From: Lama glama
Lineage: Eukaryota
Reading direction: 5' to 3'
Length of the DNA stretch: 64,000 nt
Assembly: GCA_028534125.1 (NCBI GenBank)
Contig: CM052816.1
Span: 97,900,001 to 97,964,000 of the forward strand
The number at the start of each line of letters is the position of its first letter. Position 1 is the stretch's first letter. Both the position numbers and the translations under genes were made by a program. Positions 1 through 11,845 of the stretch are shown piece by piece. Below the pieces are notes generated by a model. It saw only the letters and a list, made by a program, of their open reading frames with translations. It did no database searches and was not told the origin of the DNA.

Positions 1-360
1 AAGAAAAATACCATACGATATCACTCATATGTGAAATAAAAAAAAAGACACGAATTTATTTACAAAACAGAAATAAACTCACAAACATAGAAAACAAACT
101 TATGGTTACTGGGTTGCAGGGGTGGGAAGGGATAAACTAAGAGTTCGAGATTTGCAGATACCAACTTCTATATATAAAACAGATAAGCAACAGGGTCCTA
201 CTGTATAGCATAGGGAACTATATTCAATATCTTGTAGTAACCTGTAATGAAAAAGAATATGAAAACGAATATCTGTATATGTCTTACTGAAACATGATGC
301 TGTACACCAGAAATTGGCACAGCATTGTAAACTGACTGTACTTCAATTAAAAAAAAAAAA
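1..360 (+). mobile_element. LINE-1 3' end with poly(A) tail, cut by the window start
   Basis: Typical cetartiodactyl L1 3'UTR wording (AAATACCATACGATATCACTCATATGTG...CTACTGTATAGCATAGGGAACTATATTCAATATCTTGTA...) ending in an A-run at about 349-360. Confidence 0.85.
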
Positions 361-1182
361 CAGGAGTGTGAGGAGTCCCGTAGCTGGTGAGGGGTGGGGC
401 CGGGAGCCTGTCCAGAACTCCTGACTCTTTACTGCAACCGCTTGGGCCACTGCCAGGGATGGGCTAGATGCGAGAAAGGGACTCTAACCTGGCCTTGAGG
501 AGGGGTGCCATGGTTGGGGCGCCCCTCCCACGGGTGTCGGGTGTCCGGCGTGCTAGCTCACCACGTGGCCTGCAGCAGCGGCCAAGACCAGCTCCAGGAC
601 AGTGGTAGCTCTACACTGGAGGGAGGCAATGAGAGAATGCACCCAGATATACACACAAGCACACCCAGCGGCTCAAGTCTCAGACAAGCCCTGCTACACC
701 CATTCGTGTCTCCTTTCTCCGTTTTGAAACCAAGTAGCTATAATCTGCCAGGTTAAAAATGTTCCCCTACTCACTCACCACCTTGACTGGAAATTGTAGT
801 CGCCGGATCCAGCCCAGTAAATTCAGGCAGGGATATAAATATTTAAAGAAATTCAAAAGCAATTTCCTTGAAAAGCAAAGAATTACTTATTCTTTGAGAA
901 CAATCACCACTTAATTTATTATGGATGTCCACATATTAGATTATTTTCAATAAAACATGTCTTAAGAGTATTTTCAAGTCTTCTTAGAAATGAAGAGTAC
1001 ATTTAAGATTTCCTTTTCAATGCAGGTATGAAATAATTCATAGCAAATAGGTGCCTCAGACATAATAAAAACCTCGAAGTGGTTTTTAATATTCTCCAAA
1101 AGGTGATGGAGTCTTTTTGATGGCCAGTGACTCATCTTCTTCATCTTATTTATCATCTGAATCGTGGTCTGGCTCCCTTAGA

Positions 1183-1335
1183 TAGGGGGTCAAGAATTAT
1201 GGCCTGTGGGCCAGTTCCAGCCCACTTCCTGCCTTCATAAATAAAGCTGTACTGGGACCCAGCCATGTGGGTTTGGTCCATGTTGTCTCTGGCTGCTTTT
1301 GTGTTAGGACATCAGAGTTGAGCATCTGTGATTGG
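1183..1335 (+). mobile_element. MER58-like hAT-Charlie non-autonomous DNA transposon fragment
   Basis: AGGGGGTCAAGAATTATGGCCTGTGGGCCAG...TAAATAAAG...GTCTCTGGCTGCTTTTG...CAGAGTTGAG resembles the 5' half of MER58A. Confidence 0.7.
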
Positions 1336-1399
1336 GACTCCCCTGATTGGGCTGGCGTCCACTTCAAGGGCTCCTCCACGTTGTGCAGAACCAACTATA

Positions 1400-2620
1400 A
1401 AGCAATTGAGGGTGTCTCCTTCTCGGTCAACTAGTTGCAACGAACTTCCCACAAGGAAAAGGAGGCGACTTAACAGGGACAGGGGTCAGGGTTGGAACCA
1501 CATGCTAATGCAACCTTCATATGTCTTCTGCACCAGCTGGAGGCCAAGTGCACAGACACAACATCCACTTGGCAATGACGTGCTGATGCACTCACCTGAA
1601 CTTGGTAGGTGGGACAGCACCTAGACCAGAATGGAGAGTTCAGGTCTCACAGACACTGATCCAAAGCTCCATAGTTCCCAGGGCCTGGTACCAAGCCAGG
1701 TGCTTTTATTCAAAGAGGAGAATGTCGCTCTGCAGAAGAGAGGTCTCTGCTCCAAAGTCTGCAGTTCTGTCCTGTGATTCTTGTGTCGGGCTTGGCGGGG
1801 AGGCCACACCCTTGGGGCACCACTGGATCTGCCCTGTCCTGAGGCTCAGGTGGCAGTGCAATTTGGATCACAACCTGTACCTGCTCCAGGACCTTCTCTT
1901 GGTCTGAAACCCCACTGAAAGCTGATGGCCTTTCAGGTTACTCTGTAGATGAGCTGGAATAACACACTCAGGTGTGGTACATGTTTATGGTGCTCCGTAG
2001 TCCAGTCACCTTCCAAAAAGTCCAACAGGTAAGTATAAAGGGGATAGAGTAGTCTCTCAGGTGACTCAAAAAGAGTAACCTAGTCAAAACTTACTACAGA
2101 AATACTACCAGGATCACCATCCCTCCATCTTTCAAAACTTTGATGATCATACTAATCTCTGTCATCCACCCAGGGACATGGTGTTGCTTTTGGTTTATGG
2201 TCCTAGAAGGAAGGAAGAGCTCAAGAGACTTACAGTAGTTGTTTCCTACAATACAAGCATCTGGGACCCAAGGTGCATAATCTTCCAGTCGCTGACTGTG
2301 TGTATTCAATTACTATTGCCAAGCACTGGAGAATAACAGCAAAGTGGGCCCATGGGCCAACTGCTATGGAACTTGGTCCAAACCCCACTTATTATTTGAC
2401 CAACTTAAGCCTTCACTTTGGTAAAACACAGTGACATTATTATTCCCACAGATTAGCATCAATTCACAACCAGTGTCTAGTCTAGTGATCCACGCAAGCT
2501 GAGAATTTCCCTTTCTCCACTGCCCTTTCATCCTACTAAATGGATGCTGGTCTTTGGAGAAATGCTTGGCGGGAAATTTACAGACTGTAATTGTAGCAGC
2601 ATCACAGAGTCTTTAGTTGT
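1400..2620 (-). mobile_element. ERV-L internal remnant (protease/RT/RNaseH region of pol), decayed
   Basis: ORF 2094-2309(-) reads SLELFLPSRTINQKQHHVPGWMTEISMIIKVLKDGGMVI, like ERV-L pol (KPLELPLP..VNQKQY.IPGG..EISATIKDLKDAGVVI). A LDTG protease-like motif lies near 2470-2485(-). Boundaries are approximate. Confidence 0.7.
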
Positions 2621-3304
2621 GTAATTGCTTGTTTAATAACTGAACCCCCTTGGACTTGAGACTCCATTAACACAGGGGCTATGTCTGTTTGGCTCACCCA
2701 GATAGTCCCAGAACCCAGCACAATGCCTGGCACAGAGGGGGCACAGGAATACCTACTAAATCAATGTAACAGGGGAGGGTTGTGAGAAAGGAACACAAAA
2801 CCCAGCTCACACACGGGTTTTGGACCAAAGACCATGAAGAGTGGTTATAAAAGGTACCATGTACCCAAGTTCATGAAATCTGCCTTCCAGCTTGACAGGA
2901 TCAGATCCCAAGTGTTCCAAATACTGCATCTTGTCCGTCACTCAAACTTTTTGGTGAAAGACAGCCTCTTTCTCCTGACTTACCTCAGTGCCTTCCACCT
3001 CCGTGGCTACCATGTCTCGGCTCCAAGGATAAATCTTGGCTAAGCCCCAAAAGGATTAAAGAATCACCAGCCCAATCTCTGAGACTGAATATCAAGTCAC
3101 CCTTGATATTCATGTGAGTCTGGGCTCATAACCCATACGTGTTCACGGGCATGTGGTACCCTAGACTCTGAGGTCTCAACTTAACAACCCATGGGATAGC
3201 TTGATGGTGAGGATTCCACCTGCCTCCCACCCTTGCCAAGGGCCCTTTTGGCAGAACTCCCTGATACCTGCATAGATGTTAAATCTGATACCATGCGCTG
3301 TGAT

Positions 3305-3690
3305 GTATTTTTAAATTCTTTTATTTTGTAATAAATTTAGATGATCATTAAAAACTTGCAAAACAATAAAGAGTTCCCACATAGCTTTTGTGTAATTATC
3401 AAAACCAGGATATTAACACTGGTATGGCACTTCTGACTAAACTATGTATCTTGTTGAAATGTCACCAGGTTTTCTATGCAGGTTTAGGGTTTTTTTGTTT
3501 TGTTTTTTATTTTACGGTTCCAGGATGCAACCCAGGGCTCCAGGGCCCCATGTCTCGTTTGGTTGTGCTGTCTTCTTGGTCCCCTCACATTTATGACAAC
3601 TCCTCAGTCTTCCCTTGTCCTTCATGACCTCGACATATTTGAAGAATACTAGTTAGGCACTTCGGACAGTCTCTCAACTTGTGTCCTGTG
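3305..3690 (-). mobile_element. Old L1 (L1M-type) 3' fragment
   Basis: TTTTATTTTGTAATAAATTTAG...ATCAAAACCAGGATATTAACACTGGTA...CTTCATGACCTCGACATATTTGAAGAATACT resembles old L1MC 3' ends. Confidence 0.55.
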
Positions 3691-3971
3691 AAGTATTTTA
3701 AAAGGTGATATTACAACATATTATTTCTGTTATTTAAAATTCCTGTTTCCGTATCACTGACAGAAGAATATCTTAAACTGCCATCTGTACACATGGACTC
3801 TTTATCGCTTGCTCCTGCTGTCATTCCATCCTCTTTCCCCTGACCCAGTTCAGCATTCATCTAGAATTCCCTCTAGTGAACATGCTCGAGCATCTCTGTC
3901 CTCACTGCACTGGGAATACTTTTTTTCTTTCTTCCTTGTTTACCATGTGAACTCCTAATCATTATTCAAGA

Positions 3972-6105
3972 CAATATTCAGGCAAATAATGCTAGAAGCT
4001 GTAACAAGCCCCAAGTCTTGGGGACTTAACACAGCAACTGGTCATTTCTTACTCACTCAAGTTCTCCTGGGGATGTCCCTGGTTAGATGACTCTCCTGGG
4101 AAGCTCCCCTCCATGGGGTGGAAACATCTTGAGATACTGCCATTCTTAGCAAATAGCCTCTAAGATCACCACGGAAGGGAAGAAAAAGTACACATGGAAG
4201 CTTTTTGTTTTTTTTAAACAGCACAAGCCAATACAGGTGCCCATCACTTCTGCTCATATTGCATTAGTCAAAACTAACTGTATGATCACACCCATAGGCA
4301 AAAGAGTAAGGAAATGTGGTTTTCTGGACCCCAGGAGGAATATAAAACAATTTAATAAGGTGATAGTATTATCTCTGTTGCTGACCACCCTTTTGGTCAC
4401 CAAATTGCTTTATTTTTCTTTTCACAGAATACAACTTGCTCACCTTCCCAAGAAAGAGAACTCAGACACCCATCCGTCCAGTTACAGCATCCAATTCAGA
4501 GCCCAGGCTCTCTCAAGGGTGTGAGCCACTTCCTGAAGAGCAGGAGAAGCTCCTTTTGATGTGGCCCCCTGTGATCTGAGGGGTAGGTTATCTGCCATCC
4601 ACCTCCCTGATTTCAAATCTACAGTGCTGGATCAGGACGGGAGAACTTGGGAAAAAGTAGGACAGGAGAAGTCATACCCGTCACTGACCCATGGCTGTAC
4701 TTTAGTCCCGCAGGACGGGCGTGGTGGTGCTTCCCCGCCCCAGATGCTGGGAAACTCTGCTCAGACCCTGCGTTTGCTCCCCAGGGCCCCATGGTTACCG
4801 TCCCAGATTCCATCCATCCTCTGGCGCCCCTGCTTGGTCTTTCTCACCACGTCCACAGAAGAGTGGACTTTAGGTCGCGTGTTCTCCATTGGGAGCTCAC
4901 TTCCTGTTTAGCAAAGACTGAGGGCTCAAAGTTTGTTTCCAAGTCCCCAAGTAATCAAAGAGCTCTTTGACCCAGACACACGGTATTCTTGGCGGTGTGA
5001 TCATCTCAGAAGCTTAGTGACTGCTGATCTATTCGCCTCCAGTCAATTCCATGTACCTGTGAATGCATCAAAAGTCCTTTCCTAAACATCGTTCCGTTGT
5101 TCTGGAGTCTCCTTTGTTTTCTGGCCTCCTCTCTTCTGTGATTCTCTCTGCCCCCCTCTCAATATAACAGCAGCCTCCCTGAGGTATCGGGCTTGAAGGG
5201 GACGTCCACACACTGATTTACACCTGTGCCCTGAGTCATGTTACTTCGTTCAGAAAGTTCACCTTCACTCTGGCAGCTCAAATTATTTTATTCTCATATT
5301 TTACTGTTTGGGGACTAGAAGAAGTCACCTTCCACAGCCCTGCAAGTTCTTGAATTTCTGGACTCTATATCACCTTTCATTTTCCGTTGACAAAACAACC
5401 AATTATTTACTGAGCTCAGCTCTCTCTTGTATTGCCTTCCAGAACAGAGCCAATTCCAGTTAAAACACATTTCTAACATTCCATTTTCCAATGACACCCC
5501 CTAGAGCCGACACTGATGGGGGTCTGACTTCCAAGTCTCTGCAGGTGACCATTTTGTCAAATGTCTTATTATTATGTAACGTAGATGTCCAGTACCCAGC
5601 ATGCGGTTCCTTCACTGTCCCTTGCTAGACTGCTGAGAGAACAGCCACATCTTTTTTGCTGCGACAACATCTCACTACAGAGCACCGATCTCCTTGGTGT
5701 TAACTGAGCCACGCTAGTTGTTGTAAGTGACCCCAAATTTCAGTGGCTCAACAAGGGAACAGTTTCTCCCTCACCTGATATCCAATATGTATTTTGTAGT
5801 CAGGTCTCCTCCTAGAAGGGCACCTCCCTGAAGGCAGTAACTCGGCCCTCCTGGCTCCTTCCATCTTGGGATGCTGCCGTGTCCAACACAGGGCTTCAAA
5901 CTTGCCACTGAAGAAGAGGGGAAACGATCGGGTGTGTAAGATATTTCACGGTCCAGCCTGGAAGTGTTATCCATCCCACGGGCTTACATTTCACCAGTAG
6001 GCATTAGTTTCGGGGTCCCACTTGGAGAAATGGGGCTGGTGATGCCATACTCCCGGGTCCACAGGGAGAGAATTAAGTGGTTGATAATAAACAGAATTTT
6101 TTCTC
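3972..6105 (-). mobile_element. Probable two-LTR MaLR (MLT1-type) element: LTR ~3972-4380, internal ~4381-5696, LTR ~5697-6105
   Basis: Two diverged segments start similarly (GCTGTAACAAGCCCCAAGTCTTGGGGACTTAACACAGC and GTTGTAAGTGACCCCAAATTTCAGTGGCTCAACAAG) and enclose about 1.3 kb with MLT-int-like ends. Confidence 0.5.
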
Positions 6106-7104
6106 CCAAAGACCAATCTGAAAGATCACCTGATGTCTTTGCAGAACCAAGCATCTCCTCCTCCCTTTACAGGAGTCCTGAATATAATTTGTATCAGACA
6201 CTTAACATGTTGTGTTAACAATTATTTTATTGACTCATCAGGTAATGAGTCCCTTAAGGTTAAGAAACTGCCCTGTTTTCACCTCTGTGGCACCTGAGCC
6301 TGATGCTCTGCCTGGCTCCAGGCAAGGGCTGGATGAGGGCTGGTCAAGGGGATGTTCAAACGGAGGGAGACCCAGCTAAGAGCGGACATTGAGTCTGTCC
6401 CTTCCACGTCTGAGAGAGTCTGAGAAAGACGAGGATTCTCTACTAGAAAGGGGAGTTATTGCAGGATGTATTTCCTAATAAAAATGGAAGTAACACTGTG
6501 TTCCTTTTCATTTATTCAAGAGGAAAAGTTGTCCCCCACCCCCGCCATCCTGGGCGTGCACTCGGCAGTCTTGCATTTCCCAGTGCGTTATTCTCAACAC
6601 GACGAACACTCTTAGTAGAGGCTATTACATGTTTCTGTGAATAACATCTCTCACTCTGAATTAGATTATTACTTGTCATAGAAAGAAAAGCCTGTAAAAT
6701 ATGGGCATTGGGCATTCTCAGGACCCACGTCGCCACTCAGTATTGGGAAGGTGTTGGAAGGGAAATCTGTCCCTGAAGGTTCAAGACTGTGCCCCAAGGT
6801 TTCCAACTCAAGGAGCCCAAGATTGAAAACCTTCCTAGTCAGGCAGAACCATGTCTCCAATTAACTGATGAAACACATAGAAATGCAGAATAATAACCCA
6901 TTTGTTTGCTATTCACCTAAGAAACAAAGGGCTCTTGATGAGTCTGCAAGAAGGGATTCTGGACTCCTCGCCATGCCTCTCGGCCCCCAGGCAAGGGCTA
7001 GATAGTGTGGACAAGGAAGCTTCCCTGCGGACAGAGGAAGCCCTGCCCCCAGGAGGGGTGTTCAGGAGCCGCCCGTCTGTGGTGCTGGTGGGGAGGGGAG
7101 GGCA

Positions 7105-7123
7105 CGACCTCTAGGGGGCGCCG
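7105..7123 (+). promoter_or_regulatory. Candidate CTCF binding site
   Basis: CGACCTCTAGGGGGCGCCG closely matches the CTCF core (CCACCAGGGGGCGC) and sits in a locally CpG-retaining patch. Confidence 0.6.
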
Positions 7124-7660
7124 TCAGACGGGGCGGACACTGCAGGTTTGTATTTTCTTGACGGTTTTCCAGCAAAGGGAAGTGTCTTGTTCTAAAACAA
7201 TCAGAATATACTGACAGTTTTCCAACGGGTAGATGTGAAGCGTCTTGAGGGAGGGCACATTTTTACAACTGGCCCCAGCCCACAAGTCCAGGCCCCGGCT
7301 TGGAGAGGGGTTAGCTGTGTGAAGCGGGGACACCTGTTTCCTGGGATCCGACTCCACGCCCGGGAAGGCGGCTCCTGGCTGAAGTTATGCACCCGGTTTT
7401 GCGGAATCCGTCCGGCACAGGACCTGTGCAGCAGCTCAGTCACCTTACCCTTTTCCCGGGCACCTTCAGCAGGAGGGCAGTGGCGCTCAGCCCTGGGGAG
7501 ATCAGGCATCAGGCGTTCAGGGCTCACGTGGCACCTTCCACAGGCACCTTTCCCAGACTTTCCACCTGCCGCAGGCTGCACCCCAGGCCGACTTCCATCA
7601 CACAGAGGAACAGTCTGTCCGATGAGCAAAACGTTCTCTCTTTCCGCTGAGCTATTTTTG

Positions 7661-8830
7661 TTCCTTTACTAACGGGCTTCGCTTTTTAGAGCAGTTGTAG
7701 GTCTGCAAAAAAGCTGAGTGGAAAGTTGAGTTCCCGGGTTCCTCCCTGTCTCCGCACAGTTCCTCCTATTATTAACACCTTGCCTTAGTGGGGTGCATTT
7801 GTCACAGTGAATGACATTAATAGTATACTGCTAATGATATTAATCATTGCTAATCAATAATATAATAATGATATTAATATGAATGATAATGATAACAATA
7901 TCAATTAGTATTAATACTACTAAATATATTTATAATATAATTTACATAAAGTAAAACCTACATAGCATTTAAATTGAACAATTAAATTATTATTTAAATA
8001 ATAAATTAAAATAAATAATTATAATAAAAATAATGACTTATAATTATGAACTAAAGTCCATAGTCTGCATTAAGGCTCACTTGGTGTTCCACATTCCATG
8101 GGTTTGGACCAATGTATAATCACATGTATCCTTCATTACAGTGGCGTACAGAGTCCTTTTACTGCCCTAAAAGTCCTCTGGGTTCTGCCTATTCAACCCT
8201 CCTCTCACCCCTAACCCCTGGCTACCACTGATCTTTTTTACAGTCTCCATGTTTGCCTTTTCCAGAATGTCATAGAATTGAAATCACACTACATACAGCC
8301 TTTTCAGATCGGCTTCACTGAGCAATGTGCATTTAAGTTTCCTCCATGTCTTTCTGCGTTCTGATAACTCAGTTTCTTTTTATCTCTGAATAATATTCCA
8401 TTGAGTGGATATACCAGTTTCCTTAGCCACTCACCTTCTGGAAGACATCTTGGTTTCTTCCAAGATTTGGCCATTAGAAGTAAAGCCGTTATAAACATTT
8501 GTGGGCAGGTTTTTGTGTGAACAAAAATTTCCAACTCGCTCATTTTGGCTAAGCAAGCAAACATCTAGAGCATAATTGGTGGGACATACGGTAAGAGTTT
8601 GCTTAGTTTTGTAAGAAACCACCAAACTGTCTTCCAAAGTGACTGCGCCGTTTTGCTTTCCCACCAGCAGTGAATGAGAGTTCCTGTCGCTCCACATCCT
8701 CACCAACACTTAGTATTGTCAGGGTTTTGGATGTTGGCCGTTTTAACAGGTGCGCACTAGTATCTTACTATGGCTTTAATTTGCAATTCCCTAATGAGAT
8801 ATGACATCAACCATTTTTTCATGTGATTGC
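7661..8830 (-). mobile_element. Old L1 (L1MB/MC-like) 3' region, interrupted by AT-rich low-complexity sequence (~7815-8050)
   Basis: Minus ORFs 8304-8564 and 8431-8709 give decayed L1 ORF2 C-terminal motifs (VHTKTCPQMFITALL.MAKSWKKPRC). Confidence 0.8.
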
Positions 8831-10932
8831 CACTAACTTTATTCCCATGGGCCTAAGGGAGATATTTCTTATTCAAAGCAGAAGTAATTGCCTTACCGTT
8901 ACAGGAGAGGGATTTTTCTAGACTGATTAGGCTAAATACTCCCTTAACACATCTTTCAAAAGTGATGGGGGATGATACTAACACCAAGTAACATTTCCTT
9001 TTTTACATGCTTTGTGTTAGGCAGAACAATCCATTTTAAAACAACAGGGAATAATTAATGCTGTCTCCACGAGGATCAGGTTAGAAATGGAGATTTCTCA
9101 GCCATGTGGAGCTTTGAGACCAAATTTTGCTGCTTCGCAGTGTAGGGAAGCAACACATCCAGACTGTTGAAAATCATTTGCAAAGAGGTAGACACTAACT
9201 AATTTGAGATATTTCTACAATACTACCTCCCACTTGTGTATTTTAGGTCAGGCCAGCTAGATTCTAAGAGAGAAAGGAAATCATTACCTCATTGAGAGAA
9301 GTAGCTTGTTTTTAATTCTATCAAACTGAAGAAGTTAAATTTAATGCCTATGCTTGCTCCAGCAAATTCTCCATGAGCCAATATTTATTAAGACATTAAT
9401 GTGTATCTCTTAAGGACCACCCCATTAGCCACAGTGGGAGCCACAAAGAGAGGAGGCTCACTCCTTACCTTGATGGGAAGATGGAATTAATACCCAGACA
9501 ACGGCAGGGATAGAAAACATCTACAAATGGGAATGCGACCACCAGGAGTTTCAATGTCCAGCTTGACCATGATGTTGAAGCTCTCTGGATCTCTAGTTTG
9601 GCACTGATGATTGAAGCTGTCTGCTCTGAGGTGTGCCACCCTGAAGAAGGAACTCCGTAGTGGCACTGCGTGACAGAGCCTGGTGGCTGTCAGTCTGAGA
9701 GCCTCAGTGGGTCCTGCAATGATCAATGTGTGGGCGCCATGGATCCTAAAGCCCCTGAGTCACAGCTTGGTTTTTCCTCCATGAGCTGTGGGGAATAATG
9801 AGCCGTCAGTTCTCTGGAATGTCTAAGTCAGTGTTCCCGGGAATCCAGGCCAGACTTTCCTAAACGCACCCAAACTGGTGGAGCTTACTGTGAGCTTGCA
9901 TCCTGTTGCCTCCTGGCCAAGCTCTGACGGGCAGCTCTCTATGAAGCTAGACGGGAAGCAAGATGTCTTCAGCATCGCTGGGCTTTGTCTTTAGCCCAAG
10001 GACCCTTCACTTACCATGGTTTTCACTCAGCTCTGGATATTACGTAAAACTTTCCAAATATGCCCTCCAAAACAGAGTGTTAACAATCTCATTCATTCTT
10101 TTTCAGCCAGCTCATTCATAAATATTGAGGAACCCATTCTTCCAGTGTAATCTGTAAAGCAGCTGGATTTCCAGCATCTTCCCAGAGGAAATGGAAAGTT
10201 AGGGAGGTACTCTGGCAAAGAACAGGTCTCCCCTTCAACAGGAGGGCTGCATATGCACAGTGTTCGAGAGATACCAACTCCCCGTTTCCATTTGGAGTAG
10301 CAAGGACACTTATCATGAGATCAGCTGCGTGAATGGTGTAGACTCCGAGTCCTCAGCCTCATGCTGAGCCCTCCTGCCACCCCGTCAATGCTCCATGCCC
10401 CAGCCCTGTGAACCCATCTTGTTTCCTTTCTGGTGGGATAGAGAGTCCCACCATCCATCCTGAATGCAGGTGAATAGTGTTTAAGCCTTCATATTCTGCC
10501 CCGTAGACAGACACCTGTCCACTTGCCAGCAGATCTCTAGGTAGAGCGCTAAGTGCCGAGGGACGTTTATGTTGCTTCATTAGACATACATTCATTTATG
10601 TAAAAACTGAATGCTTTTGGAGACCCAGAAATTGAAGAAGTAACAACCTAATATTTCATTTGTATTGTATTTGACAGAGATGAGGTTTTTATAAATGAGG
10701 GGGAACATTGTGAAATATTACCTTTGAATTCCATTGGTCAGCAGCAATAAAAATATGACTTTCCAGTTCCATTTTCTTCAGGGGAGAGTGGAGAATGTCA
10801 TTTAAAAAAAAACTGGAAAGGTGGTCTGCTTTCAACAGTTTTTAAACTTGTTCATAGTTGATTGATAGTGTAACTTAGATTCCATCATTCTGTGGACAAG
10901 GTCCTAGAAGTTTAGAAAACCATTTTACTGAC

Positions 10933-11432
10933 NNNNNNNNNNNNNNNNNNNNNNNNNNNNNNNNNNNNNNNNNNNNNNNNNNNNNNNNNNNNNNNNNNNN
11001 NNNNNNNNNNNNNNNNNNNNNNNNNNNNNNNNNNNNNNNNNNNNNNNNNNNNNNNNNNNNNNNNNNNNNNNNNNNNNNNNNNNNNNNNNNNNNNNNNNNN
11101 NNNNNNNNNNNNNNNNNNNNNNNNNNNNNNNNNNNNNNNNNNNNNNNNNNNNNNNNNNNNNNNNNNNNNNNNNNNNNNNNNNNNNNNNNNNNNNNNNNNN
11201 NNNNNNNNNNNNNNNNNNNNNNNNNNNNNNNNNNNNNNNNNNNNNNNNNNNNNNNNNNNNNNNNNNNNNNNNNNNNNNNNNNNNNNNNNNNNNNNNNNNN
11301 NNNNNNNNNNNNNNNNNNNNNNNNNNNNNNNNNNNNNNNNNNNNNNNNNNNNNNNNNNNNNNNNNNNNNNNNNNNNNNNNNNNNNNNNNNNNNNNNNNNN
11401 NNNNNNNNNNNNNNNNNNNNNNNNNNNNNNNN
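10933..11432. other. Assembly gap (500 N)
   Basis: Run of N characters. Confidence 1.
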
Positions 11433-11845
11433 GAAGTAAGCCAGAAAGAGAAAGAAAAATACCATATGAGATCGCTCATATGTGGAATCTAAAAAAAAAA
11501 AAACAAAAACAAAAAACAAAAACAACAAAAACAAAACATAAATACAAAACAGAAACAGACTCATAGACATAGAATACAAACTTGTGGTTGCCAAGGGGGT
11601 GGAGGGTGGGAAGGGATGGATGGGATTTCAAAATTGTAGAATAGATAAACAAGATTATACTGTATAGCACAGGGGAATATACACGAGATCTTGTGGTAGC
11701 TCACAGAGAAAAAAAATGTCTCAATGAATATATGTATGTTCATGTATGACTGAAAAATTGTGCTCTACACTGGAATTTGACACAACATTGTAAAATGATT
11801 ATAAATCAATAAGAAATTTAAAATAAAATAAAATAAAATAAAAAA
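11433..11845 (+). mobile_element. Young L1 3' end with (TAAAA)n/A tail; 5' part lost in the gap
   Basis: GAAGTAAGCCAGAAAGAGAAAGAAAAATACCATATGAGATCGCTCATATGTGGAATCT...; near-identical over about 200 bp to 17438-17645. Confidence 0.85.

Noticed and set aside
7607..7621. Androgen/glucocorticoid response element-like GGAACAgtcTGTCCG, and AGAACAagcTGTCTC at 40803-40817
   Set aside because: A match to the 8-position core is expected about once in a window this size, and the second site misses a core base; no supporting evidence.
7815..8050. Extremely AT-rich stretch as a possible organellar insert or matrix attachment region
   Set aside because: Low-complexity expansion inside an L1 3' end with L1 sequence continuing on both sides; no organellar gene features.
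9000..10930. Apparently unique intergenic sequence as possible lncRNA exons or conserved elements
   Set aside because: Cannot be supported without alignments or expression data.
10875..11594. 239-aa and 184-aa minus-strand ORFs
   Set aside because: Artefacts of translating through the N gap and an L1 3'UTR.
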